A DNA stretch of 64,000 bases from Chrysomallon squamiferum. Its lineage: Eukaryota > Animalia > Mollusca. Positions 50,486 to 64,000 of the stretch are shown here, in pieces. A program made the translations under genes and the position numbers. Position 1 is the stretch's first letter. Each line of letters begins with the position of its first letter. The notes beneath the pieces are model-generated. The model was given only the letters and a program-made list of their open reading frames with translations, was not told where the DNA came from and ran no database searches. Location of the stretch: positions 26,474,001 to 26,538,000 of the forward strand of contig CM022672.1 in NCBI GenBank assembly GCA_012295275.1. Direction: 5' to 3'.

Positions 50486-51262
50486 GTTGTTGTTATTTTT
50501 GTTGTTCTTGTTGTTTTTGTCGTCATCATAGTCGTTATCATTATCATCAACATTATTATTTTAAAATTATTTAATCCCGTATTAAGATATTATTTATCCT
50601 CCTCTTTGCAGTCACTTAAATTATTTGTATCATGTGCAAAAGAAAACAGTAACAACAAAAACAACAACGAAAAAAGCCATACTTTACGATAATATAAACG
50701 AATATAAACATTGAAACATCGCTATTGACACTATCAAAAACAGAAACTATTAATTACAATAAAAGTTAATGCTGATAAAGTATCATTAAGGGACAAATGT
50801 AATATTGAAAATAATTTGTGCTGAAATATCTAATATGGATCCGGGGATGGCAGTTTTCAACAGGAGTGGATGTAGATCTGTATAGTTTGGAGTTTTTAAA
50901 AATATATTTTACAGTGCTTTCCTTGAAATCCAGACGTAAACTTCTGTGTGTGTGTGTGTGTTTTTCTGTGTCTATCTGTATATTCCCCATGTTGACAATG
51001 ATAAACACTCTGATGGTCGTGACTGCATTATTTGAATAATGAATGTGCACTCGCATTTACCTTACGTTTATAAACATGTATCTGTTTTTGTCTGTCTCTC
51101 TGACTATCTCTGTCTAATTTCTGTGTCTCTGTCTATCTGTTCATCTATCAAGAAGAAAAACCCTAACTATCTTGCTATCAAAATGTCTAACTGTCTATAA
51201 ATAGATCTACATGTACATGCACATCGGTCTGTTTCTATCTGTATGTTTGCCTTTCTGTCTTT

Positions 51263-51293
<31 letters not shown>

Positions 51294-52194
51294 TTTTTTA
51301 TATCACATTTATTAATAAATTGTACAGAGTTAGATGAACATTTGAAAATAAAATTTAAAATTTATTTGCAGTTTTTTTTGCTAAAATCCGGATAAAATAT
51401 TCCGTTATAATAATAAAAAATAATTTAGCTAAATCTATACATTAAGCTTCTTTAATTAAAAACAAGTCTGCATATTAAAAGCATAAACAGATAATTGATA
51501 AATCATATTTTCTCTGAATTTTAATCCGATTTTGAATAATAAGAAAAAAACAAAGATTTAACTAATTATATGTGTAACCATTTGTAAACGTGTATAAGAA
51601 TTTAGTTCATTGTACATAATAACTGTAATAATAATAACGATGATAATGATAACATTAACAATAACAATAACAACAGCAAAGGCAACAACTTCAGCAGCAG
51701 CAGAAAAATAACAACAATAATAATACATGTAACAATAAAAAAATAAAAATCATTTTTAACCGAATGTTGGTTAATATCTGTGGAATAGTAATTTATTTTT
51801 TTTTTTTTTTTTTGTTTTGTGTCCTTGGATACTCTTATCGACAGTAAATATTTAATTAAATATACTTATTAACTTAAAAACGGTTATTCGGTGAAAAGTA
51901 ATCAGGAAAAAGCAGAGTTAGATGAACAGCAAAGAATGAAAAAGAAGAAAACGAAAAAATTAAACAGAATAAAAACCTAAGAAAAAAAAAAAAAAAAAGA
52001 AATGAAAGAAAAAAACACCCCAAAATAAAGAAGAAAAATTAAAAAGAAAGAACGAGAGAGAGAAAAAGGTATCAAAGAAAGCGAGAAAAAGATAATGAAG
52101 AAGAAGAAGAAGAAGAAAAAAAAATTAATAAGAAGGAGTCAAAGTGAAGATGATAAATAGATGTTACGTAAACTCGTTACAAGATTTGATTGGT

Positions 52195-52232
<38 letters not shown>

Positions 52233-53769
52233 TAATAAAAAAGGTTCTAGTCCTGTCGGTTACTGGAATCTCTTGCTTTTCAGTCAGCATTCGTTGACGT
52301 CATCAGTGTGTGCATATTTTCACATCAATCTTATACTATTATTTAAATATCCCGAGAGCTGCAGTTAATGACGTCTAAACAGTACATGGGTTGTTCATTG
52401 ATTCATAATATTGAAGTACATTTTATATCCACGCTGATTCTGAGTTCCATGAAGATATCAAGGAAAAGGTTAAAACAGCGAGCAGAACTGCAGTGGAATG
52501 AAGCATTAAAAACTCACAATTCAGAATATTTTTTATACAAATAATCTTTAGGATTTAAATAATTTTATATGTGCATTACGTAATGATGATGCAAGAGAAG
52601 GTCCGCTTCCAAAAGAACAAAAGATACCATTACAAATTAGCAAGAAGTGATATTTTATTTATCTTCCTCGTAAACAGGAAAAAAAGAAAAATCTGTTATA
52701 TACAAGCCGTAGAATACTGATACAGGAGGTACAACACCTAGGACGAAAAATCTTCAGATACTGTTGTATGAAGTGTTGTTACTGTTGTTGTTGTTACTAT
52801 TATTATTATTATTATTAACACAAAAAATTAACCAAAATCAGAATGTGATATTATATTTATTTTGTAAGATATAAACCAAAACTTTAAAGTGTATTTTTTT
52901 TTTTCTCTTAAAAAAACAACAAAAAAAGACAACGAAAAACAGGTCAGATAACGAAATAAAAATAAATACTTCTGGTACTACTATTACTAATGACATTTCT
53001 ACAACAACTACTACCATTATTAGGACTACAACTACTGCTACTGCTACTACTACTATTACTATTATTTCTGCTACTGCTGCTACCACTACTATCACTAATA
53101 AAGGCAATGCATACAGCATTGAAAACAAACCACTGAATTTGTCTTGTTGATTCAAAATTTTATTTATTTATATTTTTATTTATTATTATTATTGCAAATA
53201 TTGATTTCCTATGTACAAATAATCATCTACAATTATTATACAGAGGATGCAAACGCAAATAAGAATTTTAAAATTAATATAAAAATATATTATTAAAATT
53301 GAGTAAATTTGAATGTTTACTGTACTGAAGACTACCAGAGTCTTAAAAACTGCATATTTATTTTTTCGTTTTCTATTTTCTAATTTATTTTTCACATAGA
53401 AATACGACCATTTTATTAACGACAAAACAAAACAAGTAAATAAAATAATAAACGTAAATAAATTATTAACGGTAAAAAAACAGAATTTACAAACACACCA
53501 GTTTAAAAAAGCACCACAATTCTGCCAAATCTAAAAATTGTCGCGGGGGCAAAAAAAAAAAAAAAAAATAAAAAAAATAAAAATTATGAATAAAGAAAGT
53601 TTAACAAAAAACAACCACAGCATTAACATTAAGTTGATTAACAAGAAAACAAACACTAAACCGCTCCAGGCATGGAAATCTATACACTGAATTGCAAGAA
53701 AAACCAGCCCCGATGTCGATAAAGCTACCGGTAAATCATGGATACATTATAGAGACGAAAATGGTCTAG

Positions 53770-54082
53770 ACTTTTGTGTACGAACGTCTCATTACATGCG
53801 GCGTTAGTGCGTCGAGGCGTTATGTTTATCTTAACCCCGTTGTATATATTCGACTGGCGTGTCCTATCGCTCAGTTGCCAATCTATTGTTCAACAGGCAG
53901 GTCGGCGTATCGATCGCGTTTATTTTGACGAGGATGGGCAATACATACGGGAACGGAGCATAGGAAAATACGAGCAGAAACCATGCGAGAGAACACACAC
54001 ACACACAGTAGTCAGTGACATGGCAGAGAACGGGAGGAAACGCGCGGTGTGAGGACGGTTTCACGCGCAGACGGCGGTTACC
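53770..54082 (+). promoter_or_regulatory. CpG-rich promoter/5' UTR of the gene starting at 54083
   Basis: Local GC and CpG enrichment against an AT-rich background, immediately before ACCATG. Confidence 0.5.
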
Positions 54083-54245
54083 ATGAATCGCGCCTTCATT
54101 CAGCGGTTGTGCTTTCTCGTTCCGTTCGCATCCCTAGTGCCCATCGTCCACTCCGCTAATCTGACATACACGGAAGTTACCAGTCCGGTTTTGGGACACA
54201 CCAGGATTTCGGATGGAACAATATTATGGGGCGGATTACCGCAAG
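54083..54245 (+). CDS. First coding exon of an unidentified secreted or membrane protein (remainder not found in window)
   Basis: ACCATG start, signal peptide MNRAFIQRLCFLVPFASLVPIVHS|A, N-glycosylation sequon NLT, and a consensus phase-1 donor AAG|GTGAGT. Confidence 0.7.
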
Positions 54246-55969
54246 GTGAGTTTTGTCTTTGCTGGGGATCATCTTGGTTTGTTTGTGTTATTATTACTGT
54301 TTATTATTGTTGTTGTTGTCCCCTGTATCGCGTTTCAGTCGGACTGCTGATCGGTTTATTGGAATTCGTAGATTAATACGCTGCAACCAGTGTACGAAAA
54401 AAATGAATAAAGTCTACTAGTACTGCACGCGTCTTCAACTATTATACTAATTTTTAAATAACATTTTTTACCATCCATGTTATGCATTAAGTCATTAATT
54501 TTAGTTTCTGTCGAAGACGTATATATATATATTGGATTGGTTATTATCGTACGATCCGCTGTGACGACACAGTCCGCGCACAAAGAAATAACAACGCCAC
54601 AATACCAGTATCAGTTGTATAAAACAGTTAAATAAATAACATAATACATACAAATTGCAGCAACGAAATCAATATAAACAGCGCTGTATTAATATATAAG
54701 CTTAAGGCCGTAAACGCCGAAGAGTCGTATCTGAATTTCATTTGTTATTCTGTAACACGGTCTGAATTCAGTATCGGCAGTTCCCTTGTGTCAGCGTCTC
54801 GCTATATCAGTTTTACTCAAAATTTACAACACCATCATATTTCGAATGTTTTAACACCAGTTAAATATCTCAGACCATTTTTACAGCTTTACCATCTGCG
54901 AAATTTTTCTATTGTATATATATATATACTATTTTTTATCATTTCATACGTTAAAATAGATTTTTTTTTTCGTACCATAATTATTTCGCGCCAAGATCAA
55001 AGGACACCAGAGTAAATAGTCGTAATATTTAATTGTTGTGATGTGAAATTTGACAGAAAACTGTAATAATAATAGAAAATGATAGGGTGGTAGATATAAT
55101 ACAGTATATCATGTCCTATTTAATTTGTAATATGTAAAATCTGCTGCCACGATTAAATACAGTTTAGTGTTAATACGTTGATCGATGAATTCACCCATCC
55201 TTGAACACAGGTGTGAATTGTATGTATGCACTTTGGTACTTACGATAAGTATTTGTATGTATGTATTTATATATGCATATATGAATGTATATGTATTTGT
55301 ATGTGTCAGTGTTTATATATATGTATGTGTGTTAAGTTATAACACACACATATATATTCACATTTATACACAAACATATATATATATATATTTATACGTA
55401 TATGTGTATGTGTTTTTGAAAATATATATATGTATGTGTGTGTATATATATATAGGGTATGTGTGTTTGTTAACATAACGTAAAATTCTTTACTAACGCA
55501 AAGTCATTCACTTTTTATATTTTTACGAACAAATATAATCATTATATTGCACTGTAATTATATATAGTTTTCGTTGTATCCTCGTTCCATGTTTTCTAAT
55601 GTAATTACACATCAGTACGTGAACGCAGTAGAAAGCTCGTTGTCAGGATTCCCCAAATCTTCGGCTGATCTAATCAGCATTGGTTACGTCATGGGGTAGA
55701 TTACGATTGGTGCTTACGTCACCTCTGTAATACCAATAGAAACACGCCTGATTGTAAACAAACTCATGACGACTATTCATTTCTTGTTAACTCGTGATGT
55801 TCATCATTGTGCTAGGTCGGTAGGTCCTGGCATTCTGTTCATAACTATTTATGCAATAAACAAACAAATGTATATATTCGCACACTAACTCAGGTGTTTA
55901 CATACTTATATATGTACATACATACACATATATAGAGATACATAAATAAATATATATATATATATATAT

Positions 55970-56144
55970 ATAATATAATATAATATAATATAATATAATA
56001 TAATATAATATAATATAATATAATATAATATAATATAATATATATGTGTGTATATATATATATATATAATTATATGCAAACACAAATACAGTCATATAAA
56101 ATTTGTGTATTTCTGGAAAGTGGTGGATAAACAAAATGAAACTC

Positions 56145-56192
<48 letters not shown>

Positions 56193-56220
56193 TGTGTGTA
56201 TGTGTGTGTGTGTGTGTATG
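55970..56220. repeat. (TAATA)n and (TG)n microsatellites
   Basis: Direct reading. Confidence 0.9.
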
Positions 56221-57107
56221 TGCAAACAAAAGATAAAAAAAAAGATATAAAAACAAGTAAAAACGTGTTAAATCTTTAGCCCACTAAACGAGTCTTGTTA
56301 AAGGGATTGTCTCGGTGTAACAAACAATCAGATAATTAACCTCTGTACACTCTCCCTGCCTATCGCACGCTGGGGAAATAGGTCGAGAAAACTGTGTGTG
56401 AAAGCGTTGGTAATGTTGTTTCAGCTTGTATTAACGTCTGGAATGGCCCAAACAAGCTAGAAAATAAAACCGTTACGTTGCACAGATTTCTATTCTGTTA
56501 CAGCAGACTTTTACAAACTGTGAAACATGTATGATGGTTCCTTTGTTCACACGCACATGCACAGACTGGACACGTATGTGGGGGGGTCTATTTATATGTC
56601 TGTATATATGCTTATCTTTTTCAGTACTATGAAAATACAGCAAGATATAAAAAGATATTTATTTATAAATGTTTATTGCATGTGTTTCTATAGATTATGT
56701 ATTCACACATGCACACGCGTACGTACGTAAGTACACACATACATAATTAAATATATACATGCACCACCTTAACCATAAATAAATACTGCAAGCATCCGTA
56801 AACGCATATCCCACAATGCAGTAAACAGTATCGGAACTTCAGAAATGAAACATGAACAAAACAAACAACAATGGTTTAGAGTGATGGATGCACAGATAAC
56901 GGTAACAACTGTTTTACTGTATTAAATGGAACAAAGAAAGAAAGAAAAACCTTTATTAATTATCATTCGGTTCTCAGAACACAGCTGTTACCAGTAAATC
57001 ACATAATCTGTTTTAACACAGCCTAAGCAGCTTGCTAAACCATTAATTAGATCAGCATAATATATTTACTGTACGACTAGTTAGACTAGTATGAGTAGTT
57101 TGTTCCT

Positions 57108-57365
57108 CTAGTTGGATCACAAGTAGGACTATTACGAAGCTAAATGGATCGTTGGTAAGAAAATTACTGGGTTTGTTGTTGGATCATCATAAAATTGTAT
57201 TTAATTAGATAATTAGTAAAACAAAGCTAGTTAAACCATTAATAAGAATATTACTAAGTTAGTTAAATCGCTAATAAGACCATTATTAAGATAGTTAGAA
57301 CCCTATTACTAAACTAGTATGAACACTAGCAAAACTATTAATGAACTAGTTAAGCCATTAGTAAG
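57108..57365. repeat. Degenerate ~32-bp minisatellite
   Basis: Units include CTAGTTGGATCACAAGTAGGACTATTACGAAG, CTAGTTAAACCATTAATAAGAATATTACTAAG and TTAGTTAAATCGCTAATAAGACCATTATTAAG. Confidence 0.6.
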
Positions 57366-58894
57366 TTCCCCTAGCAAGACTGGTTCCCAGCTGTTTATCC
57401 CGCTTGCTATGTTATTAGTAAGACGAGTACAACCAGATCATAACCACTACACGCGTAGAAGACACTGGAACAGGAAAACATAATCCAGTGGCTGCATCAA
57501 ACAGATTATTGGAAATACTTTTTTTATCTCCAGGTTATTGGCTAATAACAGGCAGATGAACTGGGTCGTAACATGGCAAACATTAAGTTGTTAACAATAT
57601 TTTACATTTTGTTTATTGCAGTTACTGCATTGGCATTTTTTAGTTTGAATTTGTACAACATAATGTCATATTAATTAAATTTAAAAGAAAAGAAAATTAA
57701 GACGGTGATGACAACAAAAACAACAACAACAACAACAACAATAATAATAATTGTAATAAAAGTAAAAATATTTTACGTTAAAAAATTACAATCGTAAAAG
57801 CAAATTAAAATACACGTGACACGGAAATAATCGATCTTACGGAAATAACCGAACATGATATTTTAACTGTTCCCATTATATCGCTGCACTGCCTATTACG
57901 GTGGTAATATTGCTTTACAGTTATTAATCAATTAGCCAGTAATATATTATTGTTCGCTTCTTTACGTGAGTTGAAACAATTTGGGGAATTTGTTTTTATC
58001 ACTGGTAGTCACCTGGACGACAGTGGACATAAAACATCACTGTGACAAGTTTTAACCAGTCTGTATTGTGCACAGTATCCGAGTATTCGGTAAAATATTA
58101 GTCAATAGCAATCAGGAAACTGTGTCGTCTGCTCGTATCGGTTTAGTTTGAGAGAAAAGAGTAGCTGTAGAAATTTCAAATACACTCGTTAGATGTGAAA
58201 CACCATCGGCGTAGAGATGCGATCTTGGTACCCGGCAGTCTTAAGGTAATATTATTAGCCAAATGAACCCTGGATTATGTAACGAGAAATAACCATGGCT
58301 GCGAGCAGACAAAAATACACAATTTTACACTTTAGCTTATCCAGTTTACATAACTGTGATTGGGTAAAATATATAGAAGGGATTCAACAGAAGTGTATTT
58401 GTCTTCTGTGCAAGGAACTGGTTTTTTTTACAGGATTAGGAAAAAAAAGTGAGAGTGTAACACAGGACAGTAGTATGCATTAGAAAGAGACCACGTCACC
58501 AGTCTTTAACACCGCTGTGGCGATCTCGGCTTGCATCAGTGCTGACTGACACCACTGCATATTAATACGCACGAGAGTTAATAAACAAACGCGAAACGAG
58601 GTCGCTTACAGCATCGTGCAAACATTAAAACCGACTCGTCTGACATGCCGGTAATGCCGTGAGCCAGATATTGGAAAATCGCACTGGTGTGTGTTTGTTG
58701 TGACTTTTGAAGAATACATCAGAAAATGTCACGCCATCGTGCAGTCAGGGGGAACGTGCAATTAGTGACAGTTGTGCAGCAGCATTTCACTGTGAAATAT
58801 TAATGAAACGCCGCACGCTATCTTAGAAACATAATGCAATTAATTTGTCACTGGTGTTTTGTTAAATTGAATTATAGCATTTAAAAAAGAAAAG

Positions 58895-58927
<33 letters not shown>

Positions 58928-59794
58928 TGGAAATAAGTAAAAATGAAAAAAAGAGGCAAATTGTTTGTCTATCCAAACAATATAAAATAATTTATGTTTT
59001 CTTAATTCTTATTAATAATTTAAATTTTTCAATAAACGAGAACGTAAAAGACATCGTCAGTACAACAATAGCTATGTTTACTGTATTATATAACAGTCTG
59101 CGTTTGTCATGCACTGACACACATCTTGTACACAATGAACTCAAATATCGGTATTTTACATTTGAACGTGCGGGAAGAAATAAATAAATGATGGGACTAC
59201 TTTTTACCCTTTCGGCGTAGGAATTTCAAACGACATCATCCCGTGTAGTAACTTTTATTAATCTTTAATAGTAAAATATAACTTTGCATGTCTGTCTTTT
59301 CTTCCTAGCTAAATGTATGTCTAATAAAAAAATAAAATAATAATAAAAATAAAATAAAATAAAATAAAATAAAATAATTTTTTTTTTATAAAAACATAGC
59401 ACTGTGACAGTAATTTTTATCGCTTGGTGTGATGCTTCGCTCTGGTGAGTTAACCTGCTCGCTAAATGACTCACTCAGGTAACCTGTTTGGATAGGCTGA
59501 GAACGAAGACTCACTCTTAACCGATACAACTCATTTATGATTCAAACCCGTGTTTGTATCAGGACAAAGAAGATGACGTGTCCTGACTCGAAATCGGATG
59601 CCCGATCTTACGATCCAAAGCTGTTTTATTTTTCCTTTGTTGCGATTACTTCCCATCGTCAATAAAGCCATCGATTTCTGTTTGTCAAGTGGAAATCTTG
59701 TACTTGTGAAGTAAATTTTCGAATTTGACATTTTTACACTTAACGACTGGCGACGAATTATTTTTCAAATTGATGTCTTGGTTTGTACTGGTTA

Positions 59795-59825
<31 letters not shown>

Positions 59826-61064
59826 TTTTTTTTTATATGACTTACACGTCTGGTTATGTCTGTAATGATTAAACTTAGGGCGTGAAAGGTTGCGTGGTCA
59901 GTCCTCACAGCGGACGTGATTCGTCGAGCATGTTTTGACTCTGGTTTATTACTGGACAGAAGTAATCACGTGATATTTCGAATTCGTTCTTGACATATCT
60001 CGTGACAGCTTCGCGACTATGACGTCATTCTGAAGAGACAACTTACATCAAGTGCCTCTACAACAATTACGAATCCACGAACATAACTGGGATCTTTTGT
60101 TTTTTTCCCCATCATTTATTTTGCAAACAATAAGGCTTTTAGTAAAACCATGCAAGAAAACCAGGCGACACTGCTAAGGTAAACTATCTTGCAAAGCTTC
60201 TGTCAGTTCTTTATGTGAATTCTTGTTGTTTTTATTACAAAGACACAATGAAACAAAGTTTTTCTTGCAAAATATAAATTACCATGCATACAACTATATC
60301 CGCAACAACATAAAGAAACAATACGTAGAAATCGTTTTAATACGAAATAACACAAAACAAACAAAAAAATCTTTCTGAAACTGAGTATAAGAAATATTTA
60401 TCTTTTTTCGAAATGTATTGAATCTAAAACAATTAGTTGTAAAAGATTTTCTGAAAGCAAGAATACTTTTTTTGGAACCGAACACGATAAAACAAGATGG
60501 CTTTATCCTTGGTATTGTATTAAAAACAACAGATGTAGCTGAGAGATTTATTTTTAAAAAGCAAGACGGATTTTTAATAACAATGCCTGTGAAAATCTGT
60601 TGCTGACACGTTTGATAATAATACTGGCTTTGTTCTTTTTCAAACTCTTTTTATTTTCTTTCCTGTTATATGGGTTTTTGATTCACCAAGCATTGATTTT
60701 ATTTTCTGTTTTTTTGTTTTATCAGAGCTTAGGTCAGGATTTGTGTTTAATTAGCTGCAGATTCAGACCTCTTCGTTGCACCCTTTTGGCTGTTTCCAAT
60801 TCTGGCTAAAGAAAAAAGAGGGATCGTTAAATTTATCTCTATTTTCGTTTCCTAGACGAGTGAGAGATTACATACACAGGCAGACAGAGAGAGACTAAAA
60901 TTCAGCAGGTAGATAGTTAGGAAGACAGCACTGTTAAATAAGAGAAAGGAAAGAGGTAGATTTAAAAAATAGAAAAAAAGAAATAGAAGCTACATGCAAG
61001 AAAATAACTGAGAAAGAAACAAACGAAAAGACAGAGAAATGAGAAAGAAACAAACGTAAAGGGA

Positions 61065-61375
<311 letters not shown>

Positions 61376-63235
61376 GAAGAGTTCTACAAATTAGACACTA
61401 ATTCAGATAACCTAGAATCTAAGTCTGTTGTACTTATTTGATTCTGTTTTTGGCAGAATAAATTCTGAAGTTTTTTGTTTCTGAACTGAGGGTAGTGTTG
61501 ACGAAACATATGGCTGCACTACTCTCAAATTACACTTAGTCTGTGGACAAAATGCTTTTAGAACAACCACACTACTCACACCTTGGGCTGCTTGGTCTTT
61601 CAAGTACCCAGAATCGATCAGCTCTAACATTTCCAAACAAAACTGATTTGTTGTTCCGACCTTTATAGAAATATGTTTCACAATTTCAGACATCACTTAA
61701 TCGGTTTGGTGAAGGATGAAACAAAAACATGGAAACTTTATTATTTACAAAATCCGAACTAGAAGCACAGAATTAATGTACTTTTTAAGTGTAGGCGTTT
61801 TGATGTTTAGTTAAGTGTGTTTGTTAAACCTTTTGGAGGTTGTTGAGTTGTGTTACGTAAGAAGCTCTCTAACTGTGTCGTAACAAATGGTAGTCATAAT
61901 TAAATACAGAGTTTAGGATTCCTTGTGAAGTAAACATCCACACCCACAGATACCCAAACACGTACAGAAAAATGCATACAGATACACAAACTCATTTTGT
62001 ATTCATAGATGACGTTCATTTTGCTTTACATATATAGATCTGGTTTTGGTTTTTAAGTACACACTAGTTTCTATATGTAATATACGTTACATAATATTTT
62101 TCTGCAGGGTCTGTGAGTGGGGTCCAGCGGGTTCTTTGTTCCTGAGCCCAAGAGCTAAGAAGGAGCCCACAGCAATCTTGAGAGCAATCTCAGTAGAAGC
62201 ACTTTCTACTACCCTCAGCTCGACATACACTTACATTCACACACACACAAACATCACTATACTTATCACACCACTCGTACTTCTTTTTATTAGTATTTAT
62301 CATTAATTACTAAGCCTAGTTTACATGCAGATTAACTGGACATGAAATCCTCTCAATTTTGAGAAAAATCTTTGCCTGCCTCGGGGCTACAAAGGGGTCT
62401 TTTACCACCTTGCAAAGTTTCTCCTGGAGGTCCTGTTTTTCATATACGTAACAAACTGACAGTTTTCGTATGTCGCGTATTTAAAGATGTTCACCACCAG
62501 CGCAGTCAGTATTTTTCATTTGTAACGTAAAACCTCACGTACATAGTATTTAAATCTAAGAACTATAATCTACGAACTATAAATTCAAAACGTTACATTT
62601 TATTTCGCTAGTGAACCATTTCTCAAGGATCTGGCCATTAATTAGTGCCAGAAAGCTTGCTACCTACTACTTATTAATATGTGTATGTGCCTTGACCTTT
62701 CAAATACGTTTTAAATCCATTATGTGAAATGAAGACATTTTGTAGAAGTTGATTGTTTACCACACTGTGTATGTACTAGAATATATCATGTTACCGTGGC
62801 AACAAGTGAAATGCCACACCCAACGTTTTAAATAAAAATAAAGAAAAAGAAAATATAGAAATAATTTTAACAATGCATGAACTGCAAATATGGATGAAAA
62901 ATGATAATAAGTTAATATTTAGTTATTAATGTTTCTTCTTAATTAATTAATACATCATTATCATCATCAGCATCATGATCAATATCATCATCAGCAGCAT
63001 CATGATCAATATCATCATCATCATCACCATCATTTTTATATAAATAAATTAAAATCCACGGTTTTATTTCAGTGGAAACAGTAAACTGATGTCTCATTTC
63101 TCACAGATAACTTCAAAGACTTGGGTTCGAGTCAAACGTAACGATTAAATAACTATGAAATATGACACGAGAAACGAGCCTTTGTTACTACATGCAAACT
63201 GTTACTGATTAAGAGCAACAGTAGTGTTTGTTATG

Positions 63236-63446
63236 TATCTTCAAACATAAATGAAGGTTTTTGATAATCCAATTGGAACACATACAAACACACACACACA
63301 AATACAAACAAATAAATAAAATATGTGTGTGTGTATAATATATTCACACACACACACACACATTTTTTATTTTCATTTATCGATTTTGTGTGCGTGCGTG
63401 TGTATGTGTTCCAGTTGGATTATCAGAAACCTTCATTTATGTTTGA

Positions 63447-63451
<5 letters not shown>
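63236..63451. repeat. ~215-bp palindrome
   Basis: TATCTTCAAACATAAATGAAGGTTTTTGATAATCCAATTGGAACACATAC is mirrored by GTATGTGTTCCAGTTGGATTATCAGAAACCTTCATTTATGTTTGAAGATA, with the centre near 63335. Confidence 0.88.
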
Positions 63452-63480
<29 letters not shown>

Positions 63481-64000
63481 CTATATATATATGTATGTAT
63501 GTATGCTATATCTATACAGTATCTCCAATAATAAACAGATGGACATCAGCATTCATGTACTGAAAAATTCAACCAATATCAACAACATAAAAATCGTTAA
63601 AACAAAATTACTGGGTTTTTAAATATTTTTTTTTTATAGTATTGACTCTCCTTTCTTTCAATGGAATTAATTGCTGATAATTATACACTGTATTTATCAG
63701 AAAAAGTATCAAGTGTTATTGCCCTCTAATAATATGTCTGTCTTTACACAACAGTATTTAGTGTGCGTATGTTTGGGTGTGAAAACGTAGATAGTTTGTA
63801 TGTTTTAATATGATTGTTCATAATATATAACAAGATGGTCAGAATGGGCGTTGGCTGCAATTGTCTCCTTTTTTTCTGCGTCAACAACTACAATAATAAA
63901 AAAGAACAACAACAGCAACAACACCACCATCACCACCACAATTAACAACAACAACAATAGCAACAAAAAATTTAGTAGTAGTAATAATAATAATAATAAT

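Noticed and set aside
61412-61696. 94-aa minus-strand ORF
   Set aside because: There is no recognisable domain or clear gene structure, so it cannot be supported.
62108-62150. Acceptor TTTTTCTGCAG as exon 2 of the 54083 gene
   Set aside because: The phase-1 continuation hits TGA after about 12 codons.
63121-63135. B-box-like GGGTTCGAGTC
   Set aside because: There is no A box or cloverleaf around it.

Overview
AT-rich, intron-rich animal genomic DNA, by inference a lophotrochozoan and probably a mollusc. It is not prokaryotic, and most of the supplied ORFs are microsatellite or intron artefacts. Genes assembled by hand from splice sites are: an intronless GT92/DUF23 glycosyltransferase running off the left edge (-), SNRNP27 (7 exons, -), an 80-aa candidate BH3-only tail-anchored protein (-), a secreted protein with four ShKT domains (7 exons, -), QTRT2 (11 coding exons including a U12-type intron, -), a hydroxylysine kinase HYKK/AGPHD1-like gene (5 exons, +) and the signal-peptide first exon of an unidentified gene (+). 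Seven dispersed tRNA-Arg(CCT) genes lie at 8.9-30.8 kb. All are interrupted at position 37/38 by short introns of very different sequence, and the six intact copies all keep the C32:G(-3) anticodon-intron pair. Decayed Tc1-like, MULE and pogo-like transposons, a 101-bp minisatellite, a ~373-bp satellite with CENP-B-box-like motifs, two long palindromes and many microsatellites fill the rest. The best candidates for novelty are the intron-diversified tRNA-Arg(CCT) family and the putative invertebrate BH3-only gene with a p53-like site in its promoter.
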